Shown one piece after another: positions 47,955-57,974 of a stretch of 64,000 nt of DNA. A model generated the notes under the pieces. It saw nothing but the letters and a program-made list of their open reading frames with translations, made no database searches and had not been told where the DNA came from. The DNA lies in the NCBI GenBank assembly GCA_038897035.1, contig JAWAXF010000003.1, forward strand, positions 64,064 to 128,063, given 5' to 3'. The number at the start of each line of letters is the position of its first letter. Position 1 is the stretch's first letter. The position numbers and the translations under genes are program-made. Origin of the DNA: Candidatus Bathyarchaeia archaeon. GTDB taxonomy: Archaea > Thermoproteota > Bathyarchaeia > Bathyarchaeales > DTEX01.

Positions 47955-48305
47955 TTAGCTTTTAGGATAACCAGCGATAACCAGCATTGTAGCTGGCATA
48001 TTTGTTCTGTTTATTAGGTAACGTTTTTCACAGGGAGGTATATATAATGAGTCCAGAGGTTTTAGAACTATTTCTTTTTTATCCTCAGTTATCACGGTCA
48101 TCTCTCCAGAGATCATTAAGTAAACTCTCTCAACATTGGACGCGGACATTTCGGCCCCGCCACCGGGAAGGAAATGTGATAATCCAACCCAGAAGCTTTC
48201 CACACCAGTCGTCTCCTTATGCTGTAAACGCAGAGCAACCATTCCAAAGTGTCCTGCCGCCTCATAGGGCTTAGCGTCTTTTAATTCCACCTTCTTCATT
48301 TTCAT
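47955..48305 (-). CDS. Cupin-fold protein
   Basis: 116 aa with the FLPGGGAEMSASNVERVYLMISGEMTV beta-barrel pattern. The canonical His ligands are not evident. Confidence 0.55.
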   Translation of the reverse strand: MKMKKVELKDAKPYEAAGHFGMVALRLQHKETTGVESFWVGLSHFLPGGGAEMSASNVERVYLMISGEMTVITEDKKEIVLKPLDSLYIPPCEKRYLINRTNMPATMLVIAGYPKS

Positions 48306-48554
48306 TTCACTCTCCAGAGATACTCATTCTTTCTTTTGATAACCTCAATATATTTAAAAGTTTCAGTGTTTTAGTTCTATCGGGCCTATTTAATTATTCT
48401 ATTTCCCACTTTAACATGTAAGAGAAATCCCTCATCATAAGGAAGGAAATTAAAATCTTTATTATCAAAAATTATCTAAATTAAAAATGCTTCTCAAAAC
48501 ACTTCTTATTCCAAATTGCGAAAAACTGATATTCATTTCTTTTTCTTTTAAAGT

Positions 48555-49331
48555 TTGGGGGTAGTAATATTGAGACTTAGAGATAAAGTCGCGTTAATTA
48601 CGGGTGCGGGATCAGGAATAGGGCAGGCAACGGCAGTATTATTTGCTAAAGAAGGAGCAAAAATTGCAGTTGTTGATATAGTGAAAGAAACAGGTGAAGA
48701 AACAGTGAGAATGATTCACGATTTTGGTGGAGAGGCCATATTTATACAAGCTGACGTTGCTAAGGCTAATGAGGTACAGAAGATGGTGGAAACCACCGTG
48801 AACAACTATGGGGGACTTGATATACTCTTTAATAATGCTGGCATTAATATACCGGCTCCAATAACCGAAATAACGGAGGAAATTTGGGACAGAATAATAA
48901 ACGTAAACTTAAAGGGCGTCTTCTTAGGCTGCAAATATGCAGTCCCTCTAATGAAGAAGCAACGGAGTGGAGTAATCATAAATACAGCCTCGGCCCTTGC
49001 ATGGGTGGGGGCAATTAATTTCAGCGCTTACTGCGCCTCAAAAGGCGGAATCCTTGCCTTTACAAGAGCCTTAGCTTTAGAATTAGCGCCATATAATATC
49101 CGTGTTAACTGCATATGCCCGGGAGCGACCGATACCCCGCTCCTTCGGCAGCTATCGGGGAAAACTGAGAGGCCTAATGAGACGCTAGAATCGCACTTGA
49201 AGCTAATCCCATTGGGGAGACTGGGGAGACCCGAGGATATTGCTTATGCAGCTCTCTTCTTAGCCTCTGACGAGTCAGCTTTCATTACAGGAGCAGCCCT
49301 GCTCGTTGACGGAGGGTTCACAGCACGATAA
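48555..49331 (+). CDS. Short-chain dehydrogenase/reductase (classical SDR)
   Basis: TTG start. TGAGSGIG, NNAG and YCASKGG motifs. Confidence 0.88.
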   Translation: MGVVILRLRDKVALITGAGSGIGQATAVLFAKEGAKIAVVDIVKETGEETVRMIHDFGGEAIFIQADVAKANEVQKMVETTVNNYGGLDILFNNAGINIPAPITEITEEIWDRIINVNLKGVFLGCKYAVPLMKKQRSGVIINTASALAWVGAINFSAYCASKGGILAFTRALALELAPYNIRVNCICPGATDTPLLRQLSGKTERPNETLESHLKLIPLGRLGRPEDIAYAALFLASDESAFITGAALLVDGGFTAR

Positions 49332-49486
49332 GGAAATATAATTTAATGCCAAGTTAAGTCTCTGTGGCATTACGGTGATCTTCATAAACTATGCAAAAAC
49401 GTAAATTTCTAAGAAAATTGGGCGCTTATAGAGTTTTGGGTGGGAGCAAATATAAGGTTATTTATATTAAAAAAGAAGGTGGTATA

Positions 49487-50785
49487 TTATGGTAGTGGCC
49501 AGATCGGCTTCTCTACTGGAGCTTTGATCCACGATGGGACGTAAACTATATTCATGTCCCATTTTCCATCCTTCATTACGAATTGCGCTAGCGTGTTTGT
49601 TGTCTCGCATATGTGGTCCGGCCTGAATTTGACCTGACCCACAGGCATTTCTATATCCACTTTGGCGAACGCATCCCTTATTGCTGTTCTATCTAGGGTG
49701 CCTGCAACCTTTATGGCTTCGACTGCAACGTAGAAGGCGGTATATGCGATGCCTTCCATATGTGTCAAGCTCATGTCCCCGAAGTATTTCTGCCAGTTCT
49801 CCTTAAACCATTCATTTCCTTTGAATGGCAAAGTATACCACCAGTGAGTTTCAGCTGTTATTCCTTCAGCTAGCTCTCTACCTAAAGCCTCTGCCTCCGG
49901 GATCTTCATACATCTGCCGACACAGAACATTAATGGCTTAAAACCGAATGCGGCACATTGGCGTCTGAAAGCAATCCAGTCTGCTGGCAGAGTGTTAGCT
50001 ATGACCACGTTAACGCCTTCTTCCTTGAATTTTAGTATAATGGGTGTGAAATCAGTTATGCCTGGAGGATGCAGTCCTGGGTCAACTATCATGAAACCTG
50101 CTTCTTGTAGTTTCGGAGTTACTTTCTTTTTAGCGTCGCGTCCGCTTACATCGTCAGAGTAGAGTACTCCTATCTTCTTAATCTGGTCTTTCCACTGGCT
50201 GAGCCACTCTTTCCAAAGCATTCCGTAAATAGTATAGTTAAAGCTACAATGCCATGTCCATGTAAACTTGTTTCCGGGGATTGATGGGAGAGCGTTCATC
50301 GCGATCGTATCTACTGGGCTCATACTCAGTACTGGCTGTCCACCTACTTTCTCAGCGCTAATTACTGCTGGAACTGTAAATGGTGGTGGTGCACCAATGA
50401 ATATAACGAGATGCGCGACTTTCTCCGTTACGGCTTTTGTTGCAAGCTCAACATACCTGGAAGTTGAGCTCTCCCCATCATAGAATATCAGCTCTATTGG
50501 GTGATATTTGCCAGTCCCTGATAAATATACTCCACCCTTCGCATTAATTTCTGTTGCGAGAGCGGTCATCAAAAGTCTATGCCGTATACCTTCAGGCGCG
50601 TAACCTCCAGACAAGTTCAATACTACTGCAATCTTAATGGGTTCGCCTTTTTCTGTTGGGCGCACTTGCGTTTGAGAATAATAATAGTAGACCACAGCGG
50701 CGGCAGCGATGATTATAATAACTATTGCTATTAGAATAGCTTGCATTTTGCTAACAGCTTTTTTATTCCTCATATATTCCTTCAT
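49487..50785 (-). CDS. Liv-type (PBP type I) ABC substrate-binding protein, membrane-anchored
   Basis: N-terminal TM anchor (ILIAIVIIIIAAAAVVYYYY) followed by a ~390-aa LivJ/K-like two-lobe pattern. Confidence 0.8.
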   Translation of the reverse strand: MKEYMRNKKAVSKMQAILIAIVIIIIAAAAVVYYYYSQTQVRPTEKGEPIKIAVVLNLSGGYAPEGIRHRLLMTALATEINAKGGVYLSGTGKYHPIELIFYDGESSTSRYVELATKAVTEKVAHLVIFIGAPPPFTVPAVISAEKVGGQPVLSMSPVDTIAMNALPSIPGNKFTWTWHCSFNYTIYGMLWKEWLSQWKDQIKKIGVLYSDDVSGRDAKKKVTPKLQEAGFMIVDPGLHPPGITDFTPIILKFKEEGVNVVIANTLPADWIAFRRQCAAFGFKPLMFCVGRCMKIPEAEALGRELAEGITAETHWWYTLPFKGNEWFKENWQKYFGDMSLTHMEGIAYTAFYVAVEAIKVAGTLDRTAIRDAFAKVDIEMPVGQVKFRPDHICETTNTLAQFVMKDGKWDMNIVYVPSWIKAPVEKPIWPLP

Positions 50786-51339
50786 CCTCGATACTCTAAT
50801 ATTTTCAACCCGTTTTATAAATCTTTCCCAATATTCACTTCTATGATTTTGGTTTCTTTAGGTTCATAGGTTGCCGTTTTAGTTCTATTTTTAAGCGATT
50901 CTTCTTGCCAAACCTCTGGCAGAGTTGCTTATAAGGTCTCCGGGCTCACCCAAGGACATGAAAACCTTAATAATAAAATTGTCAAGGGAATTGAAGAAAC
51001 ACAGAAACTGATGGAGCGCTTCCTAATAAGGGAGCTTATAAAATGGCAATCCGACATTTTTATTTAGAAGTTCGTCCGTAGAACTATGGGGTGTAGCCTC
51101 TGGATAACTGTATATTTGAAAAGAAGGAAATATCTGATTTAAGAAGCACGCTTGCCGTAGCGGAGGCAAATGGAGAGCTTATTCGCATAAAAAAACCTGT
51201 TAATGTTAAGCTCGAGCTAGTTGGAGAATACCTCAAGCATGCAGGGGGAACCCCTGTTCCTCAGCCGACGAAGATTGGGCCAATCGTATTATTCGAAAAC
51301 GTTTTCCGAGCGGTTAATTCACAAGTAATTCCATACGGG

Positions 51340-52530
51340 ATGCCTGTGGTGGCTGGCGTCCTTGGAAGTCGCAGAAGGGTTGCATTATACTTTAACACTC
51401 CTGAAAAGAACCTTGCCTTAAAGATGTTGGAGGCTATACGTAATCCGATTCCTCCGATATATGTTAGAGACGCGCCATGCCAAGAAGTTGTGATTGATAG
51501 GAATATTGACTTAACCGCGCAGCTTCCCATACCAACAATGTCATATGATTGCGCTGGCCCTACTATAACTATGGGTCTAATACTTGGGATTGATCCAGAA
51601 ACAGGTCAAAGAGACGTAACTTTTCATAGGATGTTTGTCATAGCTCCAGATACGCTCACTGCATTAATGGGACCTATTAGACATATAAAGCAAATGCAAT
51701 TAAAAGCGGAGGCTAAAGGTGAACCCTTCCCCATATCCATAAATATAGGCATAGACCCCTTTAGCGCGATTTCAGCGGGTATTTCGTCACCGACAGGCAC
51801 AGGTTTAGATGAGCTCGCTGTTGCAGGAGCATTAAAAGGCTCCCCTATAGAATTGGTGAAATGCAAGACCATTAATTGTGAGGCCATAGCCAACGCTGAA
51901 ATAGTGCTTGAGGCTGAAATACAACCAAATGTAAAAATTATGGAAGATACGGTTTCAGAGAAGAAGGGCTGGTCTATGCCTGAAATGGCTGGATATGTGG
52001 GGAGGGCAGCTTTAGCCCAAGTTGTTAAGGTGAAGGCAATAACCTGCAGGATGAAACCTATCTACCAGACTTTAGTCACCCCTGGTGAAGAACACAATGT
52101 TATTATGGGTATTCCTGGAGAAGCTGAAATCCTAAACGCTGCTTGGAAAGCGGGATATCGTGATTTACTTACAGACGTACATCTTTTACCAGCTGGTGGG
52201 GGGAAGCTAATTGCTGCGCTTCAGGTTAGAAAGAGAAGCACGGATGATGACTTAGAAGTTAGGAACCTTGCCTTAATCGCGCTTGCAACGAGACTTGAAA
52301 TGCGATACGTGATTATAGTGGATGAGGATGTAGATATACGTGATCCCATGGACTTATGGTGGGCCTTTACAACAAGATTTAATCCAAAAGAAGACCTTAT
52401 AGTAATTGATCAATGCAAAGTCTGGCCTGGCTTAGCGGAACATATACGCATAACTAAGGCGATTCTCGACTGCACAGTACCATGGGATAAAAAAGAGGAG
52501 ATGCGAAGACCTCGCTGGAAAAGAGACTAG
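51340..52530 (+). CDS. UbiD-family (prFMN-dependent) decarboxylase/carboxylase; start unresolved
   Basis: The first canonical start is at 51340. The same frame stays open back to 51097 and encodes a UbiD-like N-terminus (EISDLRSTLAVAEANGELIRIKKPVNVKLEL...PIVLFENV). See findings. Confidence 0.75.
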   Translation: MPVVAGVLGSRRRVALYFNTPEKNLALKMLEAIRNPIPPIYVRDAPCQEVVIDRNIDLTAQLPIPTMSYDCAGPTITMGLILGIDPETGQRDVTFHRMFVIAPDTLTALMGPIRHIKQMQLKAEAKGEPFPISINIGIDPFSAISAGISSPTGTGLDELAVAGALKGSPIELVKCKTINCEAIANAEIVLEAEIQPNVKIMEDTVSEKKGWSMPEMAGYVGRAALAQVVKVKAITCRMKPIYQTLVTPGEEHNVIMGIPGEAEILNAAWKAGYRDLLTDVHLLPAGGGKLIAALQVRKRSTDDDLEVRNLALIALATRLEMRYVIIVDEDVDIRDPMDLWWAFTTRFNPKEDLIVIDQCKVWPGLAEHIRITKAILDCTVPWDKKEEMRRPRWKRD

Positions 52531-52736
52531 ACCAAAAATAGGCGGTTAGGGTAAGAAAATATTCTTCAATTTTAATGGCATTTAATATCTTTAAAGACCT
52601 TTTTCGCTTAAATTTTTCCTTAAAAAGATCAAATAAAATATTGGTAAAGTACTTATTGAGGGGCCCAGCGTCTTGTCTTCTCGAATATCCTTATTTATTT
52701 CTTAGGGTATTATCTATGATTAGGAGGTTATGATCC

Positions 52737-54017
52737 TTGAACGATAAACCGCGCATTTGTTTAGTGCCTATAGGCAGAATATCTAATGATGTTTTTAAAC
52801 GTGATATTGACAATGTTGAAAATCTGCTTAGGGAATTCGATGTTGAGCTGAAGAAGATCGATGCTATCTCAAATGAGCTACAGGCCCCTCAGTTAAGGAA
52901 TTTACCTGAGAAAGAGAGCTATGATCTTACGCTTTTATTATCCCTTCATGGAGCTACGGCCCATTTGCAAGTATCTGCGGCTGAATGCTTAGAAAAACCT
53001 GTTGTTATTTGGTCGTTGCCCAAGCGTTTTTCCTTCCCTACCTCTGCCAGCGCTTATGGTGCTTTGAAAGAGCGGGGCTTTTGGGTAACCCTTTTGCATG
53101 GAGAGTCTAATGACAAAAAGCTTGCGGAAGAGGTTGTTACGCTGGCAAGAGTGGCATTTGCCATTCATAAACTCTCAAAAACACGTATTGGCATTCTTGG
53201 GAGCTTACCGCACTATATGTTAGCCTCTCTTTATGACTCTGAAGCTCTTGAAAAAAGATTTGGCGTTAAACTAAAACAGCTTTCACATTTCGAGTTTATG
53301 AGCATCTTAAAATCTTTCCAACTTGAAAAGAAGGGTAATATTGAGCAAGTCCTACGTGAAAATGTGAATGTTCAAACGGATGAATGTTCTCTAAGCAAGG
53401 GAATAGCCGTTCACAAAGCAATAAAGGAAATTTTATGCAGGTATAAACTTAACGCAATTGCGTTAGGCTGTCACCCGGACCTTGAGGCCGAGCTTCAAAT
53501 TAATCCTTGCTTTGGTTTTGTTGAAGATTCATATGCCATCGGCTGTGAATGTGATGTCTTGTCGCTCATCTCCGCTCTATTTCTGAAATATCTAAGCGGG
53601 GTTTCAGCCTGGATAACGGATATATATTCGCTAGAGGGCGACAGGCTTACGTTAGCTCATTGCGCAGCGGCAAAATCATTAGCTATGGGTAATGAAGTTA
53701 TAATTTCTGGAAAAACACAAAAGGAAATAGGAGATAGACCACATACCCTTGCCGAATGTAGGCCTAAAATTCCAAAAGGGCCCGCTACTTTAGTTAGACT
53801 TTTGGGGAAACAGGCTGATAGATTACATTTAACCTTTGGAGAGATAGAGAGCTGTGATGTGGAGGAGCAAGTTAAAGTGACCTTAAGGATTCAAGGCAAC
53901 CCCAAAGAATTTATCCGGTATGCTATGGGCAACCATTATACTATGGCACTAGGCGATCTTAGAGAAGAAGTAAAAATTCTTTGTGAACGATTAAACATCA
54001 AGGTGATAGAGACTTAG
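52737..54017 (+). CDS. FucI/AraA-superfamily isomerase-like protein
   Basis: 426 aa with a Rossmann-like N-domain and the ...AIGCECDVLS...GNHYTMALGD pattern. These recall the Glu/Asp and His metal/catalytic positions of sugar isomerase-like proteins. The assignment is tentative. Confidence 0.4.
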   Translation: MNDKPRICLVPIGRISNDVFKRDIDNVENLLREFDVELKKIDAISNELQAPQLRNLPEKESYDLTLLLSLHGATAHLQVSAAECLEKPVVIWSLPKRFSFPTSASAYGALKERGFWVTLLHGESNDKKLAEEVVTLARVAFAIHKLSKTRIGILGSLPHYMLASLYDSEALEKRFGVKLKQLSHFEFMSILKSFQLEKKGNIEQVLRENVNVQTDECSLSKGIAVHKAIKEILCRYKLNAIALGCHPDLEAELQINPCFGFVEDSYAIGCECDVLSLISALFLKYLSGVSAWITDIYSLEGDRLTLAHCAAAKSLAMGNEVIISGKTQKEIGDRPHTLAECRPKIPKGPATLVRLLGKQADRLHLTFGEIESCDVEEQVKVTLRIQGNPKEFIRYAMGNHYTMALGDLREEVKILCERLNIKVIET

Positions 54018-54044
54018 AGAGTTCAAGGAATTATATTTCCCTAA

Positions 54045-54908
54045 CTAGAAGCCCTCTAGCCCAGAAGTTATCTCTTTAAGCCACCGTTCATACATTTTTG
54101 AGTTGTATAACGCTAATCCCGGTAATAACCTATCAAGTATCTGTTTCATAGTTTCTTTTGATGCGCAAGCAATACTTCCACCGTCAACTGGAATACAGCA
54201 GCCAGTAATATACTCTGCATCAGGCGATACGAGCCATAAAGCTACTTTTGCAACATCCATGGGGGTTGCCATCCTCCCCATGGGGGTCATTTTTGCTAAG
54301 GCTTCCCATGTCTCCGGCGGATGGTGTCTAAACATGTCGGTCATCACGGTACCTGGTATTACAGCATTTACTCTAATCTGTGGAGCAAGGGTACCCGCAA
54401 GAGTCCTAACAAGCATCGCAGTAGCCGCTTTAGCACTGAGGTAATGCCAATCTGAGGGACGCACATTATATATACCAGCAGTTAAAGTAAAAAGAATACT
54501 GCCCCTTCCTTGCTTTAACATGTGGGGCACCACATGCTTCGTGAGAAAGAATGGACCCTTAACTATAATGTTATATGTCTGGTCCCAAACTTCTTCCGTT
54601 ACATCATCAATTGTCTTGCAAATATAATGAATAGCAGCGTTATGATATAATATATCTATTCTTCCGAACTCATCTAATGTAGCTTTCACTAATTTTTCAT
54701 GGTCTTTTAGGTTTCCTATATCTGCTTGAACGGCAATGGCTCTTCTTCCCATTTCCTTTATTTTATCTACGACTTTTTGTGCCGCATCCGCATCTCTAAC
54801 ATAGTTCACAACTATATCTGCGCCCTCTTGCGCGAAAAGTAACGCGGCGGCTCTACCTATTCCACGGGAGGAGCCAGTTATAATAGCTACCTGGTCTTTT
54901 AATTTCAT
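54045..54908 (-). CDS. Short-chain dehydrogenase/reductase with C-terminal extension
   Basis: TGSSRGIG, HNAA and YLSAKAA motifs, plus about 40 extra C-terminal residues. Confidence 0.85.
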   Translation of the reverse strand: MKLKDQVAIITGSSRGIGRAAALLFAQEGADIVVNYVRDADAAQKVVDKIKEMGRRAIAVQADIGNLKDHEKLVKATLDEFGRIDILYHNAAIHYICKTIDDVTEEVWDQTYNIIVKGPFFLTKHVVPHMLKQGRGSILFTLTAGIYNVRPSDWHYLSAKAATAMLVRTLAGTLAPQIRVNAVIPGTVMTDMFRHHPPETWEALAKMTPMGRMATPMDVAKVALWLVSPDAEYITGCCIPVDGGSIACASKETMKQILDRLLPGLALYNSKMYERWLKEITSGLEGF

Positions 54909-55236
54909 TTTTATTCCCCCACTCTTAACTTTATTCTTAGGGTGAACAATATATTAAAGTTTCGTCAGATTCCGAGAAATCGACTAAAAATAGTTATCGC
55001 GTTCATTAAGTTTAAGAAACTTGGCAAGCGGACCTTATTAGAAGCCGCATACAATCTTAATTTAGGAAGATGTAAGATCTCTGATTGTATAAAATTGTAA
55101 GCTTTAAGAAGAATAGTGTTAAGGACGTGTGCATGCTAAAGTTTTTGATATTCCTAGATGTGTTTTTGTTATGAGGGCCAAAATACTTGAACTGCAAAGT
55201 TTGGACTAAAAAGTTTAAGAGAGAATTGAAATAAGG

Positions 55237-57816
55237 CTATTTCATTATGAAGAACTTTGGCATTTCTTCTGGTTTGGCTTTGTATACTTTGCATAGGAGG
55301 GCTCTGTCGTACCATGCTCCTGTCTTTTCGTCTAAAGTTGCTGGGTCATCTTCAGTTAAGATATTAGCATTTGATATTAAGGCTCCCCCCAGCCATGGCT
55401 CCTCTGCTGGAAGCTCTGGGTACCACCATGAAGCCTCAACATTTACGACTCTAGGGTGAATGTGAGCGCCTATTCGGGCCCTTTGCAATATTCTTCCTCT
55501 TCTAGTTTCAACCCATACCCAGTCACCGTCCGTTATGCCAAGTTTTCTCGCCGTTTCATAGTGAATGTCGCATAGAGGCCACGGATGTTGCTCTCTGAAG
55601 TTCATTCCCCACTGGCGGTACTCTGAGTGGAACATCGGCCTAAACCTTCCGCCAGTCGTTAATATAAGTGGATATTCCTCAGCTAATTCAGGGGTTCTAA
55701 CAGGGCTCTCGAATGGTTCCTCATACTCGGGAAGGGGATCGTATCCCAAGTCTTCTAGTATTGTGCTCCAGATTTCAGCCCTTCTGCTTGGCGTAGCAAA
55801 GCCTCTTGGCTTACCTGTTCTTGGATCGATCAGAGCATACGCTCTATCATCTTCTCTTCTCCATCCCGGTGTCTCTGAAATAATGAAGCCTCTTCTTGCA
55901 GCCTCTTTCAATGTTAAACCTATCCTTGCAAGGCGGTATTCAACAACTTCTCTTTGGTTTTTCCATGGGAAGTATTCGCCTAATCCAAGGCGTACCGCAA
56001 GACCTCTGAAGAGGTCATAGTCACTGTGTCGATCTCCGAGAGGTTCTATAGCATTTTCGCCTACAGCCATCATCTCCTGATAATCTTCCCAATTGCAACA
56101 GTATGGTACTTCTAGAGATTTGGCTGCCGCTGGTAGCACGTAGTCTGCTAAGGCTGCTGTAGGTGTCATCCAGTAGTCTTGAACAACATGTAACTCTAAA
56201 TTAGGACTCTTCAAAGCCTTAATAACTAGCTTGGTATTCGGAGCCCACATAACCGGGTTTCCACTCCAGGTTATCAGCGCTTTTATCGGATATGGTTTTC
56301 CAGTAAGTATTGCCCGCCATATAAGCGGCACTGATGTAACCATGGTATGTCCTCCAGCATTTTGAGGTATACCCCATGTCCTATGATAATATTCATTATA
56401 ACGGTCATATGCTGGCCAAGCCATAGCCTTATGCTGGTCTGCGCCTAGCTGTTTAAGCTTTGTTTCAGGCTTTATGTATTCATGCCCCTCAAGCTCAGAT
56501 TCTCTAACCGCAAGTTTTCCTCCGATAATCGGGCCGGGTCTAGAACGGTATAAACGTATGCCTCCTCTAACATCATAGTTTCCTGTTATTAAATGAATTA
56601 TCGTCATGGCTATGTGGTTATCTGAAGTATTCTTTCCAGCTTGGTAGAGTGAGACACCCGCGCCTATTCCTCCGGGTCTTCTAGCCCAGAACATTCTAGC
56701 TGTTTCAACGATCTTTTCAGCTGGGATCCATGTTATTTCTTCGACTTTTTCAGGAGTATATTTACTTACCCGCTCGATAAGAAGCTGCCAAACTGTTTTA
56801 CATTCAACTTCCCGTCCATCTAAAAGCCTAACTTTGTATTTTCCTGTTAAAGCTGGCTGGGCATCTTTGGGCCTGTACTCCATGCTTTCAGAAACCCAAA
56901 TGGCCGGGGCGTTCTCACGAACATTCCAGATAACAAAGTTCTCACGTGAACCGCCAGCTATCAAGTCGCTTTCCCGGAGAGTCTTCCTGGTGTCTAAGCG
57001 CACAAGAAACGGAGCATTAGTCCATCCTTCCACAAATTCTTTGTCGTATAACCCCTCATCAATCAAAATTTTAATCCAAGCTAAAAGCAAGGCAGCATCA
57101 GTGCCCGGCCTAATCTGAAGCCACATATCTGCCTCTCTAGCAGTTTCAGTACACCTCGGATCGACACAAACTAAGAAAATGTTCTTACGGTTAAGTATAA
57201 TACTCTGCCACAAAGTAATAAAAGACTCTTTAGGATTAAAGCCCATAGATACAAAATATCTTGCACCATCACTTACGTCTGGGAATTCAACCGAGAACGC
57301 CCCTGTCATACATTGTTCTACAGCGCTTCCAGGGTGGTGACATATGGTGCTTGGGTCCCCCAAGTTAAAGGGGTTTCCAAAAAGATACGCGAATCTTGAT
57401 CTTGCCCAAAAAACGTCTGAACGCATTGTTCCTTCAATGAAAGCAAGACATTCGGGACCATATTTAGCTTTTAGTTCCTTGAGCTTCTCGGCTATTTCGT
57501 CCAAAGCTTGCTCGTAGGGTATGCGTTGCCATTTGCCCTCTCCCCGTTCGCCCACGCGCTTCAAGGCGTACATAAGCTGGTCGGGATGCTCTAACCACTT
57601 TACAGGAAAGTTGGGTATAATAGCCCTGTCAGGACAAACTAGCCGTTCCTGCACCAAAGGATCTGGATGAAGAGCCCAAAGTTTTGTCATTGGATGTTCA
57701 GGATTTCCCTCGACCTTAATGATTTTGCCAGTGTTCCTGTCCACGTATGCAAGAAGCCCGCAGTGCATAAAGCAGCCGCCAGCGCCATTGTGGCATATTA
57801 TCCTTCTAACCTCCAT
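55237..57816 (-). CDS. Bis-MGD molybdo/tungstopterin oxidoreductase catalytic subunit, cytoplasmic
   Basis: MopB architecture: GKIIKVEGNPEHP, IRPGTDAAL and a C-terminal GDWVWVETRRG beta-barrel. Variant N-terminal Cys cluster CHNGAGGCFMHCG...C. No twin-arginine signal. Start taken at MEVRRIICHNG; the track ORF starts at 57894. Confidence 0.85.
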   Translation of the reverse strand: MEVRRIICHNGAGGCFMHCGLLAYVDRNTGKIIKVEGNPEHPMTKLWALHPDPLVQERLVCPDRAIIPNFPVKWLEHPDQLMYALKRVGERGEGKWQRIPYEQALDEIAEKLKELKAKYGPECLAFIEGTMRSDVFWARSRFAYLFGNPFNLGDPSTICHHPGSAVEQCMTGAFSVEFPDVSDGARYFVSMGFNPKESFITLWQSIILNRKNIFLVCVDPRCTETAREADMWLQIRPGTDAALLLAWIKILIDEGLYDKEFVEGWTNAPFLVRLDTRKTLRESDLIAGGSRENFVIWNVRENAPAIWVSESMEYRPKDAQPALTGKYKVRLLDGREVECKTVWQLLIERVSKYTPEKVEEITWIPAEKIVETARMFWARRPGGIGAGVSLYQAGKNTSDNHIAMTIIHLITGNYDVRGGIRLYRSRPGPIIGGKLAVRESELEGHEYIKPETKLKQLGADQHKAMAWPAYDRYNEYYHRTWGIPQNAGGHTMVTSVPLIWRAILTGKPYPIKALITWSGNPVMWAPNTKLVIKALKSPNLELHVVQDYWMTPTAALADYVLPAAAKSLEVPYCCNWEDYQEMMAVGENAIEPLGDRHSDYDLFRGLAVRLGLGEYFPWKNQREVVEYRLARIGLTLKEAARRGFIISETPGWRREDDRAYALIDPRTGKPRGFATPSRRAEIWSTILEDLGYDPLPEYEEPFESPVRTPELAEEYPLILTTGGRFRPMFHSEYRQWGMNFREQHPWPLCDIHYETARKLGITDGDWVWVETRRGRILQRARIGAHIHPRVVNVEASWWYPELPAEEPWLGGALISNANILTEDDPATLDEKTGAWYDRALLCKVYKAKPEEMPKFFIMK

Positions 57817-57974
57817 ATCCCTGCTCAATGAAGGCACCCCTATTTTTACAAAGTAAAAGTAGAAACGCTTGCTTTTATTTATCTTTTTCATCAACGAGAA
57901 TTTGTCATCAAGTTATATCTTATAAAATTTAAAAACACTTTTACCAAAAAATCCCGAATCTATAAAGTGCTAAG

